Shown: one piece after another, positions 11,083 through 24,590 of the stretch
Numbering within the stretch: position 1 is the first letter of the stretch
Layout of the letters: each line of letters opens with the position of its first letter
Source of the DNA: Paramecium tetraurelia
Taxonomy: Eukaryota
Assembly (NCBI GenBank): GCA_000165425.1
Contig: CT868002.1
Location: 124,001 to 188,000, forward strand
Reading direction: 5' to 3'
DNA length: 64,000 bases
Notes under the pieces: model-generated
Told to the model about the DNA's origin: nothing
What the model saw: only the letters and a program-made list of their open reading frames with translations
Database searches by the model: none
Program-made: the position numbers and the translations under genes

Positions 11083-12564
11083 ATGTAATTTATTCTCTTT
11101 TTTGTCTGTATTATTGCATTAGTCGATTGTGAAATGAAGGTTCTCAGACCCGCTGATTTGGTGGATCGCTTAGGGTCTAAAATATAAATTGCATTACCTA
11201 ATTTTGGGTTTGAGCTCATTTATATGATATATTAGTGTGATTCCATTTGGACATAGACTAATGGGATATGTTGATATGGCTGAACCCCAAGATGGATGTA
11301 GTGCACTTCAATTGGCTTAAGGAAGTCAATTTATTTTGATGGAAAGAGGAAATTGTTCATTAGTCTCTAAAGTCATGAATGCCGAGAGAGCTGGGTACTC
11401 ATTAGCCATAATTGGCAATGATAATGAACGTCCCTTAGATTCTGATTTGGTTATGGAAGATGATGGTCAGGGATACTTAGTATTACTTTGATACTATAAA
11501 ATAGGTGAATATTCCATCAATCATAATTTCATAAAGGGATTTTTTTATTATGAGGGATTACGTTAAAAGTCTGGGAGTGGTTGAGGTTTCCGATGAGAAG
11601 GTTTTTACCTTAGTCAAATTTGATGTTGAAAAAAAGTCAAGAGTAGATGTAACATTTAGTTTGGACGTAAGTGACAGGGATTCATTCAGAGTAGTTGATG
11701 AATTCTCTGAATATTATGATCTCTTAAAATAGGAGGATGTTGGTTATAAGATTGTTTATTAAATCTTGGCTGGCAACACTATTGGCAAAGATATAGAATA
11801 TTAAATTGATGCAGATAATTGCATTTGTTCAAGAAGGTATTGTGCAATCGATCCAGATGGGAAAGGAGTAGCATCGGGAAGAAACATAGTGGAAGAAGTT
11901 CTTAGATAAAGTTGCATCTTTCAAAATGATGGAAAAGAATATTTTCTATACATGGTAAACTTTTCTATTCTAATTTAGAATGCATTTAATTTTAAATGTA
12001 CTTATGCTCAAGCTTATAATTTATGTGGAAATAAGATAATAAACACTCTTAAATTGTCTGCAGATAAGATTAATAACTGCATAGAGGAGTCTTTTAAGGA
12101 TATTTATGATCATAGTGTAACCAAGAATTATACGAATGCTTATAATATAATTTTGGAGTAGCAACTACATTAAGCTGACTTTGCTGGTATGGTTGGCATA
12201 CCATCAGTGGCTGTGAACTCAGTGGTTTACAAGGGGTAATTAACAGGCAAGGGAATTTTCGGTGAAATTTGCAATAGTAATTGTTTACAATTTATTGAGA
12301 GGTTTTATTACTCCTCCTTCGGTTTGCAAATCTGAAGTGGATAACTATTAGCAATTCTAGTATGAGGGTTAGCATTATCTATTTTGGGTGATGCTGGTTG
12401 TTTCTATTCTGATCGCAATTTTCATTATCGTGTTGTACTTCTTGTTCAAGAAGTTCGTGCTTAGAGATAGTGTGGAGGTGACTCAGGTTTAGGTTAATGA
12501 GATGGTGAGTCAGTACATTAAATTTAATGAGGGGAAAGGACAGCAGAAACAAAATTCTTTTTGA
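11083..12564 (+). CDS. PA-domain type I membrane protein, vacuolar sorting receptor (VSR/BP-80)-like
   Basis: Signal peptide, then NFGVIPFG, the PA domain (FILMERGNCSLVSKVMNAERAGYSLAIIGND), NCICSRRYCAIDPDGKGVASGRNIVEEVLRQSCIF and PSVAVNSVVYKGQL. One TM segment (~12375-12445) and a tail VNEMVSQYIKF. Confidence 0.82.
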
Positions 12565-12646
12565 GATATTGATGTGATTATATTAATTAAATGAAATGGA
12601 ACACAGAGTTGAACATTAATTAAATAAATATATATATATAGTAATA

Positions 12647-15364
12647 ATGATCTTCTAACTCCGTTACAATACTAAATTATCTGAATCTTTAAACAATAGC
12701 AAGGATTACTACTCAATGCAAAATACCAAGTGGGTTGCTCCGAGACCAAATTAACATCGACTTGAACACTTGCAATTCACTCAAAGGAATAAACCTCGTG
12801 CGAAATAGTACCCGCAAGAAATGCTTTTATGTCTTGTTTCGAAGGGACTTGTTCCCATCGAGAAATAGAGGATGGCAAATCTTTAATCTCACGATAACTC
12901 ATGTAATTACAAGGATGTCACTTCTGAAATCAAACAAGACAACCACCCTTACTATGCTTCTAAACTCAATCCTTCAATGTCTGAAGTCGAACGATGTAAC
13001 TAAATTAAATAACCTCATAGAAAATAAAAAAGTATTACCTCCACTTTAGTTTATAGCTGTCCGTCCTTAAATAAGGACTCAATCCAAAGACAAAGATCCC
13101 ATCGAAACCTCCACCTCCAAAAGTTGTAAATTAGTGAGTCCAATGATCAATCGCAGCGATCAGAAGAAAAATGTGAAACGCTCAGAATCCAAAGATAACA
13201 ATGACAAAATTGGCAGAACCTCCTCAACACCCTTCATTCACAAAACCATGCAAAATGAAAATTTGACCAGTCGATCCGGATCACCCAATCAAAGATCCAG
13301 TTCAAAAAAAACTAAAACCTAAAAGTTAAACATACAACCAAAATTGACTCAAATAAATGAGAGGAGGTATACTCAGAACCACCAAGAGACTCAAGTCTAA
13401 TAAACATAAGCCAATTAAAAAATGGCCGAGTCCACCGAGAAGAAATTACAAGTCAAGAGAAAGAAAAGACAACTATAAACAACACAATAACAACAAATCT
13501 TATAACAACAAAATTCTTAAAAGGATAAACTTAATCAAAAACACACCTCTTATCGTTGCTTTATAAACAAAATCAATTTCTCCAATAATCAATGCATTTA
13601 GTCTCCATTGAAGATGGATGTCCCTGCTTATTACTTTTATGTGGGCAAGGGCAACAATGGAAGTCTGTTAAAGAATCTCTTCAGATAAAGGTGGTGGTGG
13701 CAGGAAGTAGATTCGTTGGATTTAAATAAAGTGAACATGTCTTGGACTTAATTGAAACAAAATGCTTGTATTGAGTGTTTGCCCACTTTTAACATGCCTA
13801 CCAATGATACTAATTATAACAACGACTCCTTTATTCAGAGCATTGAGGACACTGTGGTCGAATCTAGTGATTCTGAGTTGGATATCCATGTCAAGCCTAG
13901 ATCCGTGCCTGTTCTGAGCATCAATTAGTAATTGAGACAGTCTATTCAATCCAAGAAAAAGTTGCAAATCTCTAATTTGAACCAATTAAAGAGGATCTTT
14001 AATCAAGTCGATTTGCATAAAATTCTCAACTATATGGAAGAAAATAATTAGTGGGATTCCCAGGTTGTATTCAGTGATTGCACTGAGAAACTGCTTATGT
14101 CTATTAAAGGAGTAAAATATTTACCTAATCGCTTAGTTATAGACCACCATCCAGTAGGAGAGTAAGAATTACAAGATGCACAATCATATGCAAGACAATT
14201 GGCATTTGGGGAATAAGAAGGCACTCTTCTATAATATGAGGAATTACTTCAAAATCATAAAGGAAGATTACACTAAGTATATTCCTATCACCTTTCACAT
14301 CTAAAAGGGAATGACTGATGCTGAGTACTTCAAATTTGTTGATTACTACAATAAAAGACAAGAGGAAATTAAAGAACTCGAACGTAAGTTATAATTAGAA
14401 TATCGAAGAGATAAAAGACCGAAGCCTATTAGTCTTTGGATAGTGAAGCCAGGTGAATGCACCAACAGAGGAAATGGGATTACTGTCTGTCAAGATTTAT
14501 AAGAAATCAACAAAATCTTAAATGAGGAATAGCCTGATGGTCGTCAAAGAACCTACATTGTCTAATAGTACATCGATAATCCATTCTTGTACAACAAGAG
14601 GAAATTTGACATCAGGTGCTACATGCTCTTGACCTCTTAGAATGGAATCTTTAAAGGGTACTGGTATTAGGAAGGTTATATTCGAACATCATCGAAGGAG
14701 TTTACAACCAAGTGTTTGAATAAATACATTCACTTAACTAATGATGCTGTTCAATCAAAAGATGAGGATTACGGAAAGTTTGAGTTTGGCAATAAGATCT
14801 CCTTTCTCGAATATTAAAGATATCTTGATACTTATCATCCTTAGTCTAAATTCAATTTTTTCATTGACATTTACCCGAAGATGAAAAATGTTGCCTTGGA
14901 TCTCATGAAGGCCTCCTACGGTAAAATAGATCCATAGAGAAGATCAAATAGTTTTGAAGTACATTATAGTCGTTATGCTTAGCTATTTGGATTGGATTTT
15001 ATGATCGATGATAATTTTAAGCTTTGGCTCATTGAAGCAAACACAAATCCATGTCTGGAATTGTCCTGTCCTCTTTTGAGCAGAATCATCCCTGCCATGG
15101 TTGAGAACTTATTTCGGTATTTCCCCTATTATTAACTCTGTTAGAATTGCAATCGATCCCATTTTCCCCCCTCCCTATTTTGAAGAGTGGCCTCAAAATA
15201 AAAAGTTATTCATTCCCGATAATGTACTTGAAAACAATCGATTTGAACTTATTTTTGACGAATTAATAGAGAAGAAGACTATGATCAATCTGTACAGAGA
15301 CAGCAAAGTAGAATAAGATTGTTTCAAAATTGAGGAAGAAGAAGAGGAAGAAGAGAAAGATTGA
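12647..15364 (+). CDS. Tubulin-tyrosine-ligase-like (TTLL) family polymodification enzyme
   Basis: WIVKPGECTNRGNGI, IVQQYIDNPFLYNKRKFDIRCY, YQEGYIRTSS, HLTNDAVQ and FELFGLDFMIDDNFKLWLIEANTNPCL. Long low-complexity N-terminal region. Confidence 0.9.
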
Positions 15365-15529
15365 CACTTTAATGTAATTATTATTTAAATATTAAATATT
15401 ACATCCTATCAAATTCCTATGAACTGCAGTGTTCTCACTGAATCTATAGTCATAACTACATTTACATTTAAAATATGTATTTTATATTATCAATTCTAAT
15501 ATTAATAATTAAGTTGTTAAATAACTAAA

Positions 15530-16685
15530 ATGCAGTTAAATAATTAAATGGATGCAATATTCTAGTAAGAGAAGGAATAGATTCTCGCAGAATTTGAATC
15601 GAAACTACGCCGACTACAGTTACCAGTTCAAAACAAATAATATCAAGATGGAAGCGAGTATTTTGGAGAACTCAATAATGACCTCAGATGGGGTTAGGGA
15701 GTTTACTACTATTACACTGGAGACGTATATGCTGGACAATGGGCTAATGATTTATTTGATGGAGATGGAACCTACATATTTGCATCAGGAGAAAGATACC
15801 AAGGTCAATTGAAGGAGGGTAAGAAACATGGCTTTGGTACCTACTACTATCTGAACGGAAATAGTTATACAGGCAATTGGGCTAACGATAAGAAGCAGGG
15901 AAGGGGAGTCTATGTGTATGCATAAACTAACGAAAAATATGATGGCGAATGGAATAATGGATTAAGGTAAGGTTATGGTACATTTACATATCAATGTGGA
16001 GTGTATGATGGCGAGTTTATTAACAATGTTAAAGAAGGCAAGGGGGTTTTAAAGTATAAAAGTGGAGCCATCTTAGATGGGGAGTGGAAGAAGGATAAAG
16101 TAGAAGGGGAAGGAAAATTAACATTGCCAAATGGAGACTACTATAAAGGTACTTGGGTAGGTAGTCATATGAATGGTTACGGAAGATACCAATATTAAAG
16201 TGGAGGATACTATGAAGGATGGTGGAAACAAGACTTATTTCATGGAGAAGGAATGTTGACTTATGAAAATGGTGATATTTATAGAGGAGAATTTTAGAAT
16301 GGTTTAAAACATGGAAAAGGAATATACTTACATTAAAATGGTGATCAATTTGAGGGCGAATTTAAAAATGATATGAGAGATGGAACAGGAGTATTGAGGA
16401 TGAAGAATGGAGACAGGTATGAAGGAGAATGGTCGAATTCACTTAAGGAAGGAAAGGGCACATACTATTACTCAAATGGGGATAGATTCGAAGTATTTAT
16501 ATAAATGAATTTAGGGTAATTTTGTGGGTGGAAAGAGATCTGGTCATGGAGTTTTTTATTGGCCAGAGAAATCATCAGTAAGTGGGTTTTGGATAGATGA
16601 CACCATGAATGGACAAGGAGTCTTAATGAAAGATAATGGAGATAAATTGTAAGCCCTTTTTAAAAATAATAAATTAGTTGCATGA
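15530..16685 (+). CDS. MORN-repeat protein
   Basis: More than 12 repeats of YxGxWxxxxxxGxGxxxxxxG (e.g. YTGNWANDKKQGRGVYVY, YEGEWSNSLKEGKGTYYYSNG). One intron near 16493-16514. Confidence 0.92.
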
Positions 16686-16734
16686 ATTTGATTATTATTA
16701 CAATATACTATACTATTATTTATATAAATATATA

Positions 16735-18807
16735 TCATCCCTAATCTGATGGAAATTGATTTATTCTATCATCTTCACATGAAATTATCTGATCTTTTAA
16801 AGCGATTTCTTTTTCTAATATTTCAGACAAATCTTAACCAAGCAATTATAATAATCGTTAATTTAAATTAATTAATTGATATTGCCCTTTCATTTCCTAT
16901 TTCTGAATTTATTGATATGAATTCACTAAGTCGGTAAATTACTTAAATAACGCAAATTCTTAAGAATTTGTATCAATATCTCCAATGATAATCCTAAATT
17001 CATAATGAGAATTACTTTGTCCGTCTTCTCATCTATGAATCTTAGTACAAGGCAATTATTGGTTTTTAACTGAAATTGAAAATATCAATTTGATTGTTAT
17101 CTAAGAGTAATTTTTTGAATTTTTGTATTTCATGTAATTATTTGAGAATATATTATATATCTAACTCTTTGTTTACTTGATTGCTAAAATAGATAACTAA
17201 GAATTACATAGCCTTTTCCACAACAATTCCGTCATCATTTTTCAAACAATCAAATTGTAAGAATGATGCAATAATCATCCTTAAGCCTATCTCGACCTTA
17301 TATTTTTTTTTCACATATTAACAAAATTAATCAAAGTATTTGGAGACTTAATTTTTCATCTGAGTCATCATAGGTTTATCAGGAACTGTTTAATTAGTAA
17401 TAAGGTTGTTCTTTTAAATATTCTAAATCTCATATTACTCATTGTCAATCCCTTCCTATTAATGATAAGCACTAATTACATTTTATTTATCAATATTTAA
17501 ACAAATATCTGGAGATTGGCCTATAGAGTCAATTTTTTTATTTGAACACCTTTTTTAGGTTCCTTATTTTTATTTAGATTTCATTACACTGTTAGATATA
17601 TTTCTCAAATTTTATTTTTTCAAACTCATATCAAATTCATATAGATCATTTGCCATTTGAATCTTTAGATGTTCTCTATTATAAATCGATACAAAAATCC
17701 CCACAATCACTATCATAAACTAAGTGAACCCTCCTAAATAACTTAGCAATTCATCTAATCTCATAAAATCTCTTTATATGGTATATTTGTAAGGACTTCT
17801 ACTAAAATAAAAGGCTCCGTAATAATTTGGAGTCAATTAATTAATAGAAATCTACTCTCTTTAATCTCCATATTCTCTATAAGGGAAGGTTTCCATTTCT
17901 ATGTCTGGGTACATCAATATGCCCTTATCTGAGCTGATTTCTTTAAATCTAAAGAAGATATCGGATTGGATGAACATACTATTTGGAACAAATGAATAAA
18001 AGGTGTCTGTGGATAAAAATGGTTAAATGTAGTCTTTCGGTTTTTGTGCATTGATGAGCTAATTAAAAATAATTTTATATCGATTACATAGTTTATTTAA
18101 TAGAGTTAAAACCTAAAGCTCCCAGCACTCTAAGTTGCCTCTTTAACTTGTTCAGGAGATTTACAAGTCGGTTTCCAAGAGAATGTACTTTCAGAATTGT
18201 TTACGCAATTCTTCACAGAAAATTTTAAAAAGTAGTAATCCGTACCTAGATTATAATTTTGGATCTTACTTGCCCAAGTACCACCAATTGTGAGATTCAA
18301 TGCATTTTCATTATTTAGATTTGGACATAAAAAATTAGATATATTTAATTTGTTATATTGCTCTTCAAAGCTAATATTGTATTTTTCAAATATGCTTGCG
18401 AAATGACTTTACGTACATTATACTAAATCTATGTATTATGATGGATATTTGTATTAAGTTCCATTATCATACCTATGGTAATGCCTTTGTTCGATAGTGA
18501 TATTGAAAAAGGGATTATTTATGAAGTCTGATTGTTCGATTTAAATTGCAAACATAAATATAGATGGATCTAATTTTAGTAGTTGTGGATTATCTTCATA
18601 AATTAATGATTCATTTGAAGTCACGGTTGTCATGCTAAAAAAGCTTAAGATATTTGAGTAAAAGAAGCTAATAATAGTGGCTGTCATGCACATAGACAAA
18701 AATCCACCAAAACTTGTTTTGTACTTCTCCCTTTATCTAAAACTCAAATTTATGGATTAACCAAAAATATCCACTGATCTAAGAATTTCTTAAATTTAAG
18801 TTATCAT
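16735..18807 (-). CDS. Ciliate two-TM protein with large extracellular loop (SVDIFG...KTSFGG / LSYLGG family)
   Basis: MITQIQEILRSVDIFGQSINLSFRQREKYKTSFGGFLSMCMT (TM1), a Cys-containing loop, then RLDELLSYLGGFTQFMIVIVGIFVSIYNR (TM2) and a cytosolic tail. Intronless frame under code 6. Confidence 0.75.
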
Positions 18808-18849
18808 AATTATTATTCAAATTCACATTATATGATATTGTTTTAATAT

Positions 18850-20727
18850 TCAGAAATCTTTTAATTTATTAACAATCCTTTAAGAAGAATTCTCAGACTT
18901 GGCTGCATTAAGAAAAGAAACTATCTTCGTGTTTTAGGGGTAATTCATTTATTCCCAAATATACCCTACTTCATTGAAACCACAATTATGAAAGGTAAAT
19001 AAGCTCACCAATTCGTCTATCAGGCTAAACTTTTAAAAACACATACTTCTAATGGGTTCCTAGTGTTCTATAAAATATTGGTGCCACAAGTACGGGTGCC
19101 ATTTGAAAGTGTTGGAAAGACCAAATTACAAATTAGCACTGATATTGATTAAAGACCTTGGGAAACATGTTAAAGTCGCCATTGAGATGTCTTTGTATTT
19201 CAAATGAATATTCTTCTTGAACCCTTCGAGTATTTTTGATAGTTTATTATTTCCAGAACTCCAAAGTTTGAGTTCCATTGATGCTACTTAATAAAATTTT
19301 GAATTATGAACTCCAAAATTAATTTTTGATAGTAACATTCTGAAGAAATTTCATGGTTTATACTTCATCTGTTGTTTATTCATATTACGATAATACCAAG
19401 CCTCCCAACAAGAATTGCTGTTCTTTTCTTTCTGGAAGATTATAAAGTCGAGCGTATTTATTGTAAAAGACATAATTTTGAGGGTACTTTTAATCACTTA
19501 CTTATTACTATTCTTATCCGTAATTTATAAACTGAAAATATGAAATTCTGTTACTTCTTCAAGTATAAGTTGGTTTTACTATTAAGTAAAATACTATTTA
19601 TTTTAATAAAAGAAATCCCAAATCCCAGGAGTTTAGAATGATCTGATCATTTCAAATAGTTTATCCTTTTCACTTTGATCATATTGAGATATTTTATCTA
19701 TAAATAGTGAACAAAATGAAGTAATATTGGTTTTTTAATTGAAATCACGTGATGAAAGCAATTCCTTTAAGGCATTGAAATGTAAATCCCAATTAAATTT
19801 AACTATATCACTTTTATCTAGTTTATTTGCAATTCTCAGGATTGTAATATACTATTACACTTTTATAATTAATGATATTTATTACTTGCTAGTTATGTCA
19901 TACCATTTTTGTAGGTTGCGATTGAGTGTTCGAATTCTTGTACTGTTTTATGTAAGAAAGATTAATCAAAGGCGGTGCCTAAATGATGATATGCACAAAA
20001 AATATCGCCATAACTATGAGTTGGAAATTTCTTTATTTGTGTTGCAATATATTCAAAAAGCTCAGGAAATGCATACAATGGTTTTTAATGCAGGGTGTGA
20101 AGCTCAGCAAAATATCTAAATTAAATTTTGTTCTACAATTAACCTAAAGCATTTAAGTAAAATTTAGACTTAAGATTACTTTATATTTAATTAATTTAGC
20201 ACTAAAATCAATTAATGATCATATTCTGTTAAATTAAACTTTTTAGTCAAAGCCCTTAGTAATCTAACAAATTGTTCTCCAGGAATACTTTAGTTGATTT
20301 TAATGTGTGTTAAAATTTGATCTTGGAATTTATTTGTATCACTTCTTAGTAGAGTTAAATTGTAATAGGTGTCGCATAAGACATTTATTGGATATTGCAA
20401 TAAATTATCGGCTTTCTTTGCCAAAAATTATCGAACGGGTTCCAAATTACTATCTTAACCCAGATGATCAAAAATATGAGAAAATGAGTCTAGACCACAT
20501 TGTAGTCCTAAAATTGGGTTAATAAATAACTAACCATAATTATCCAATTGGGAATGGGATTGAGGGAGTCTCTCCAGAATTTCCTAGTACTCTCTTGATT
20601 TGATTGCCTTATCAATGTTACGATTGACATATTTAAATTCCTTGATACTTGAGGACAATCTACTAAGCATTGTATTGATGTCTTTGAGTTGAACACAGAA
20701 AGGTCTTTTGGATATAAATTATAACAT
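18850..20727 (-). CDS. Hypothetical helical protein with probable mitochondrial presequence
   Basis: MLQFISKRPFCVQLKDINTMLSRLSSS..., one clear intron near 20507-20534, and a long Leu/Ile-rich frame ending ...NKLKDF*. Confidence 0.6.
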
Positions 20728-20739
20728 TTTTATTATTTA

Positions 20740-21395
20740 ATGTTTTATAACCTCCCGAGAACTCCATATATAAAGACAAGAGTATAACCTAGGGTTTTAT
20801 ACAGTGGATTTGAAAAGTACAAGTAAGCCTCTATATCAGCGCAAAGATAGTGAAGGTTCAAAATACTTTTGAATATTACCATTACTTATAGAAGAAAAAA
20901 GAGTATTCTGACTAGTAGAATGAATTGCTGGAAGGATTGAAACTGGGGAATGAGGACATGAAGAAGTTATCCTATTCAGTAAAATGTTTTGGAGTGAGTA
21001 ACAAGGAAGGAAAATTTGGTGTTCAGAGCCAGCGTAAATTTATGGGTGGGTCCTTCGAATCTCATCCCACCTATGAGGTGAATGTTTAAAGTGAAAGAAT
21101 ATCATATCCTTTCAAGTCAAAACGCCTAATTACCAGCCGAAGGTAATTAAGAGACAAATAGAAACCCCTCTCCGAAATCATTAAATTACCAGAGAGACCC
21201 GAAACAGTTAGAACAGAACTCGCCTCAAACGTCGATAAAATAGTTAAGAAATCGCGCTTAAAGTTTAAACAATAACATTCTCAACCGTAGCCCGAGATAG
21301 TATTCGAGAAAGGAAAAGCTAAGTATCAATCTTATAGTCGTCTCCTCTCAGAGGCCCATAGTCATGAAAGTTTTTATAAAATTCTCAGTCCTTGA
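20740..21395 (+). CDS. Hypothetical basic protein
   Basis: MFYNLPRTPYIKTRVQPRVLYSGFE. A 23-nt intron (gtacaagtaagcctctatatcag) restores the frame to ...FYKILSP*. Confidence 0.6.
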
Positions 21396-21486
21396 TATAA
21401 ATATCTTTTATTTATTTTAAGTTGATCATTATTTATATTAAACTATCATTATTTTTTATACATCAATGATACAACCAACTATTAAC

Positions 21487-22419
21487 TCAAATAGTATATG
21501 ATCGTAATTGCTTATCATAGAATGAAGATGTCACTATTAGATTATTATACCAATCCATAGCATAAGCAAGAGAAGTATGCTCTTTAAATTCCTAAAGTGT
21601 TGAAACTATGATATAATATATTGAAAATTACCTTATTTGTTGTTAATTTCAATTAATTCGTATTTATGCTCTTAAAATAGTCCATTCAAATATAGATTTC
21701 CTCTTTTTATGATTCTCCATATTCCTCCTTCTCTTTTGTATTCTTCAAATGGAAAGTTGGGTTATCTTTTATCAAAGATCCGAATATAGCCATCAAACGA
21801 TCCTGTAATTAAGTTATGCTCTCCATCGTTTAGTAAGTAGGTGATTCCTTAAGAATGTGATCTTGTTGTAGCATATATATAAATACTTTTTGTCTTTTCT
21901 CAATAATCCGATTCTTGCATCGTAATAATTGAGACAAGCATCATCACTTCCACTATAAAATAGATCTTAATTTGTATTATCTAAAAGTGTGCACCAGACT
22001 GAATATTCATGAGATTTTTATTAATAAATAATCTGCCCTTCTTTTTGTAAAATCACCTCACCATTATCTCCTCCCAATAATAAACTTTGTTGAGCATTGC
22101 AATCTAGATATAATAATTTAATGTCTTAAAAACATTCCACAAAGGATTGCTTGTTTACTAAATGAAATTAATTATCCTTAATATCAACTGTCCAGACATC
22201 TCCTTTCCAAGTACAAAGTGAAATTTAATTATTGATGATTTTAAAATGAAGTATGCCATCACAATCCAATTTATTTACGATATTTAAGTTTTTGTTTAAC
22301 AATAACAACACTCCAGTTTTAGTATCATCATTAATGAAATCATAAGTGGACACTACTATGTTATTTTCATCTATAATGGAAATACAATCAGGACAATAAT
22401 CTAAAAGTATATTATTCAT
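21487..22419 (-). CDS. DPH7: WD40 diphthine methyl ester esterase homolog (DPH7/WDR85)
   Basis: VVSTYDF..KTGVLLL, GILHFK, HEYSVWC, FYSGSDDA, ITGSFDGYIRIFDKR, GGIWRI and EHTSLAYAMDW..VTSSFYDKQL follow the Dph7 pattern. Confidence 0.8.
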
Positions 22420-22856
22420 AAAGTATAAATTAAATAAAACAAAATATTCATATATTTAATAACAGAAAATCAAAAATGATATTATATTAATGCCTTATAG
22501 TTACTCAAATCAAGTATTATGTATTAATTAGTAATTCTAATTGATGTTAAATGTACATTAATATATTATTTAATTCGCAATTGTTTACTAATTCAATATG
22601 TGTTCACCTTATATTTCTTATGTGATGTATTAATTAAGTATATTTTCTTTATATTAGAATTACTTTGGATAAGTGATTAAATCAGGTTTAGAATTCACTA
22701 CAAGATCATTTCTGGTAATTTTTTAAATAATTGATCTGTTTTGGACTCTTGATTGCTTTCAGAGTCAGTTGCAGTTTTGCAATAACTCCTATAGTTCTTA
22801 TTATTTGCTACTCATACTTTAGTAATAAATTATTGATTTGGTTATTAATTAAAATA

Positions 22857-23180
22857 ATGGAAATTTAGTTCACAGACGAGAAATTCGAATATCATTTTAG
22901 CGATTAGATATATGATAATTTAAGAGTTAATGAGGACCCTTCAAAAGTAAAGGAATATTTCATCAACTTAATGAGTGATGTTATAAAAGATAAGGAAGTA
23001 AAAATTGAGCAATTGAGTAATCCAAATGAGTATGTGGCATAAGTGGGGAATGGTGACTGTTACTTAATAGAAGAAAATAGAATTTATAAATGCAATTCAT
23101 TTTAAGCCCTGAAATCAAAATATTTGCAAAACTGTTCAACAGCTTTAAGTAATTTGATTGATCTAACCTTAAATAAGTGA
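22857..23180 (+). CDS. Small hypothetical protein (107 aa)
   Basis: ATG-to-TGA frame MEIQFTDEKFEYHFSDQIYDNLRV...LIDLTLNK* with protein-like composition. Confidence 0.55.
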
Positions 23181-23541
23181 GAAATAGTTAAATATTTTAT
23201 AAATTTATTTAAAATTTCTTATTTATTATTAGAATACTTCATTAACTCACATTTGATCACTTTATGTCATCTTTAAATAATAGAAGTATGTAAATGAGGT
23301 TATGATTCCATTAAAGTCAAATTTTGGATTCATTAAATTTAATTTTCAATAAACACACATTACTATATTGAAAAGTTTACAAAGTTAATTGATTTAATAA
23401 TCTAAACACTTTTTCTTCATGAATATATTTTATATTAAATAATCCTCATTTAAAGTGATTTAATTTATTTAATTTTTGAAAATAAAATATCAATAAAAAT
23501 CATGCATAATTGCATAAATAATAATACTTATTTATCATCAT

Positions 23542-24535
23542 TCACTTACTGAAAGGTTAGCCTCATTTTGTAAAATTTGATCATAGATTTCTATTAATTT
23601 GCTTCCTAACCTATATCCTCCGACAATCAAGTTTTCTTCGCAAAATGCAATGGCCTGTTTTTCATAATCGCTGCTGTAGCTATTTGATGCAGCTACCATT
23701 GGGTATACAAATTATTGGGCCTATCTGAAGCCAAGATAAGTCCAAACAGAGGGATTTCTATTTTTTTTTTCAAATGAATTATTACGTCATATCATAATTG
23801 CTGTATTTTGATATAGGAAACTTCTTCATCAAATCCTTTGACCATTTGTCTAAATACTCACTATCAGATTAACTTAAAGGCCTTGCCAGAAAGCTATTAT
23901 TAGGAGCAAAGGTGAGAGCCCCAGAATCCCAGAAAGAATGAAAGTTCATCAGTGTTCCATTTTATAACTAGCTAATACATAAATATAAATACTTAGATAT
24001 TCAAAAAGTTGCCACCTGCATCTCCGTCAGGATAGCTATTATTATACAAAGAAGTATCATGTAAAGGTTGATGAATATCACCAATCACATGCAATAATAC
24101 TCTCAACATCTATGCTTTAAAAACTGTATGTCGATTTCTAGAAGTTTTGGAGTTAGTTAAAACTGCCACTGCTTGATTTATAGCATATATAGAATTGATA
24201 TTTCGACTTTCATCTTCAATCTTTATCAATAATCTAAGAAATAGACTAAAACCATACCCATCAGGATTGATTGGTCTATCAGTATAATGCCAACTGAATA
24301 GAAATTCAGTTCCAGTTTCTTTTATATCATCTAACCATACAGCTGCCTCAGCAAAGGTATTGGATTTACCATCTGTAAGGGAATTGAAGTCTTAAACTAG
24401 TGAGTCTGCCCAAGCTAAGACATCTGGTCTATTATCCCTAAGATAATTCTTTGCAATTTGGGCTGTCATCATATGACCGACTTCCCACCAACAATAGACA
24501 AAAGAAGTGAGATAACAGAGAACCAATCCTTTCAT
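23542..24535 (-). CDS. Secreted S1/P1 nuclease
   Basis: Signal peptide, then WWEVGHMMTAQIA, WLDDIK, WHY, LLHVIGDIHQPLH, GDAGGN, FHSFWDSG and GGYRLG, consistent with the S1/P1 zinc-binding motifs. Several short introns. Confidence 0.92.
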
Positions 24536-24590
24536 TAATATGATTATTAAATACTCAAAATTTAGTAAGTTAATACCTCATATTTTATAA

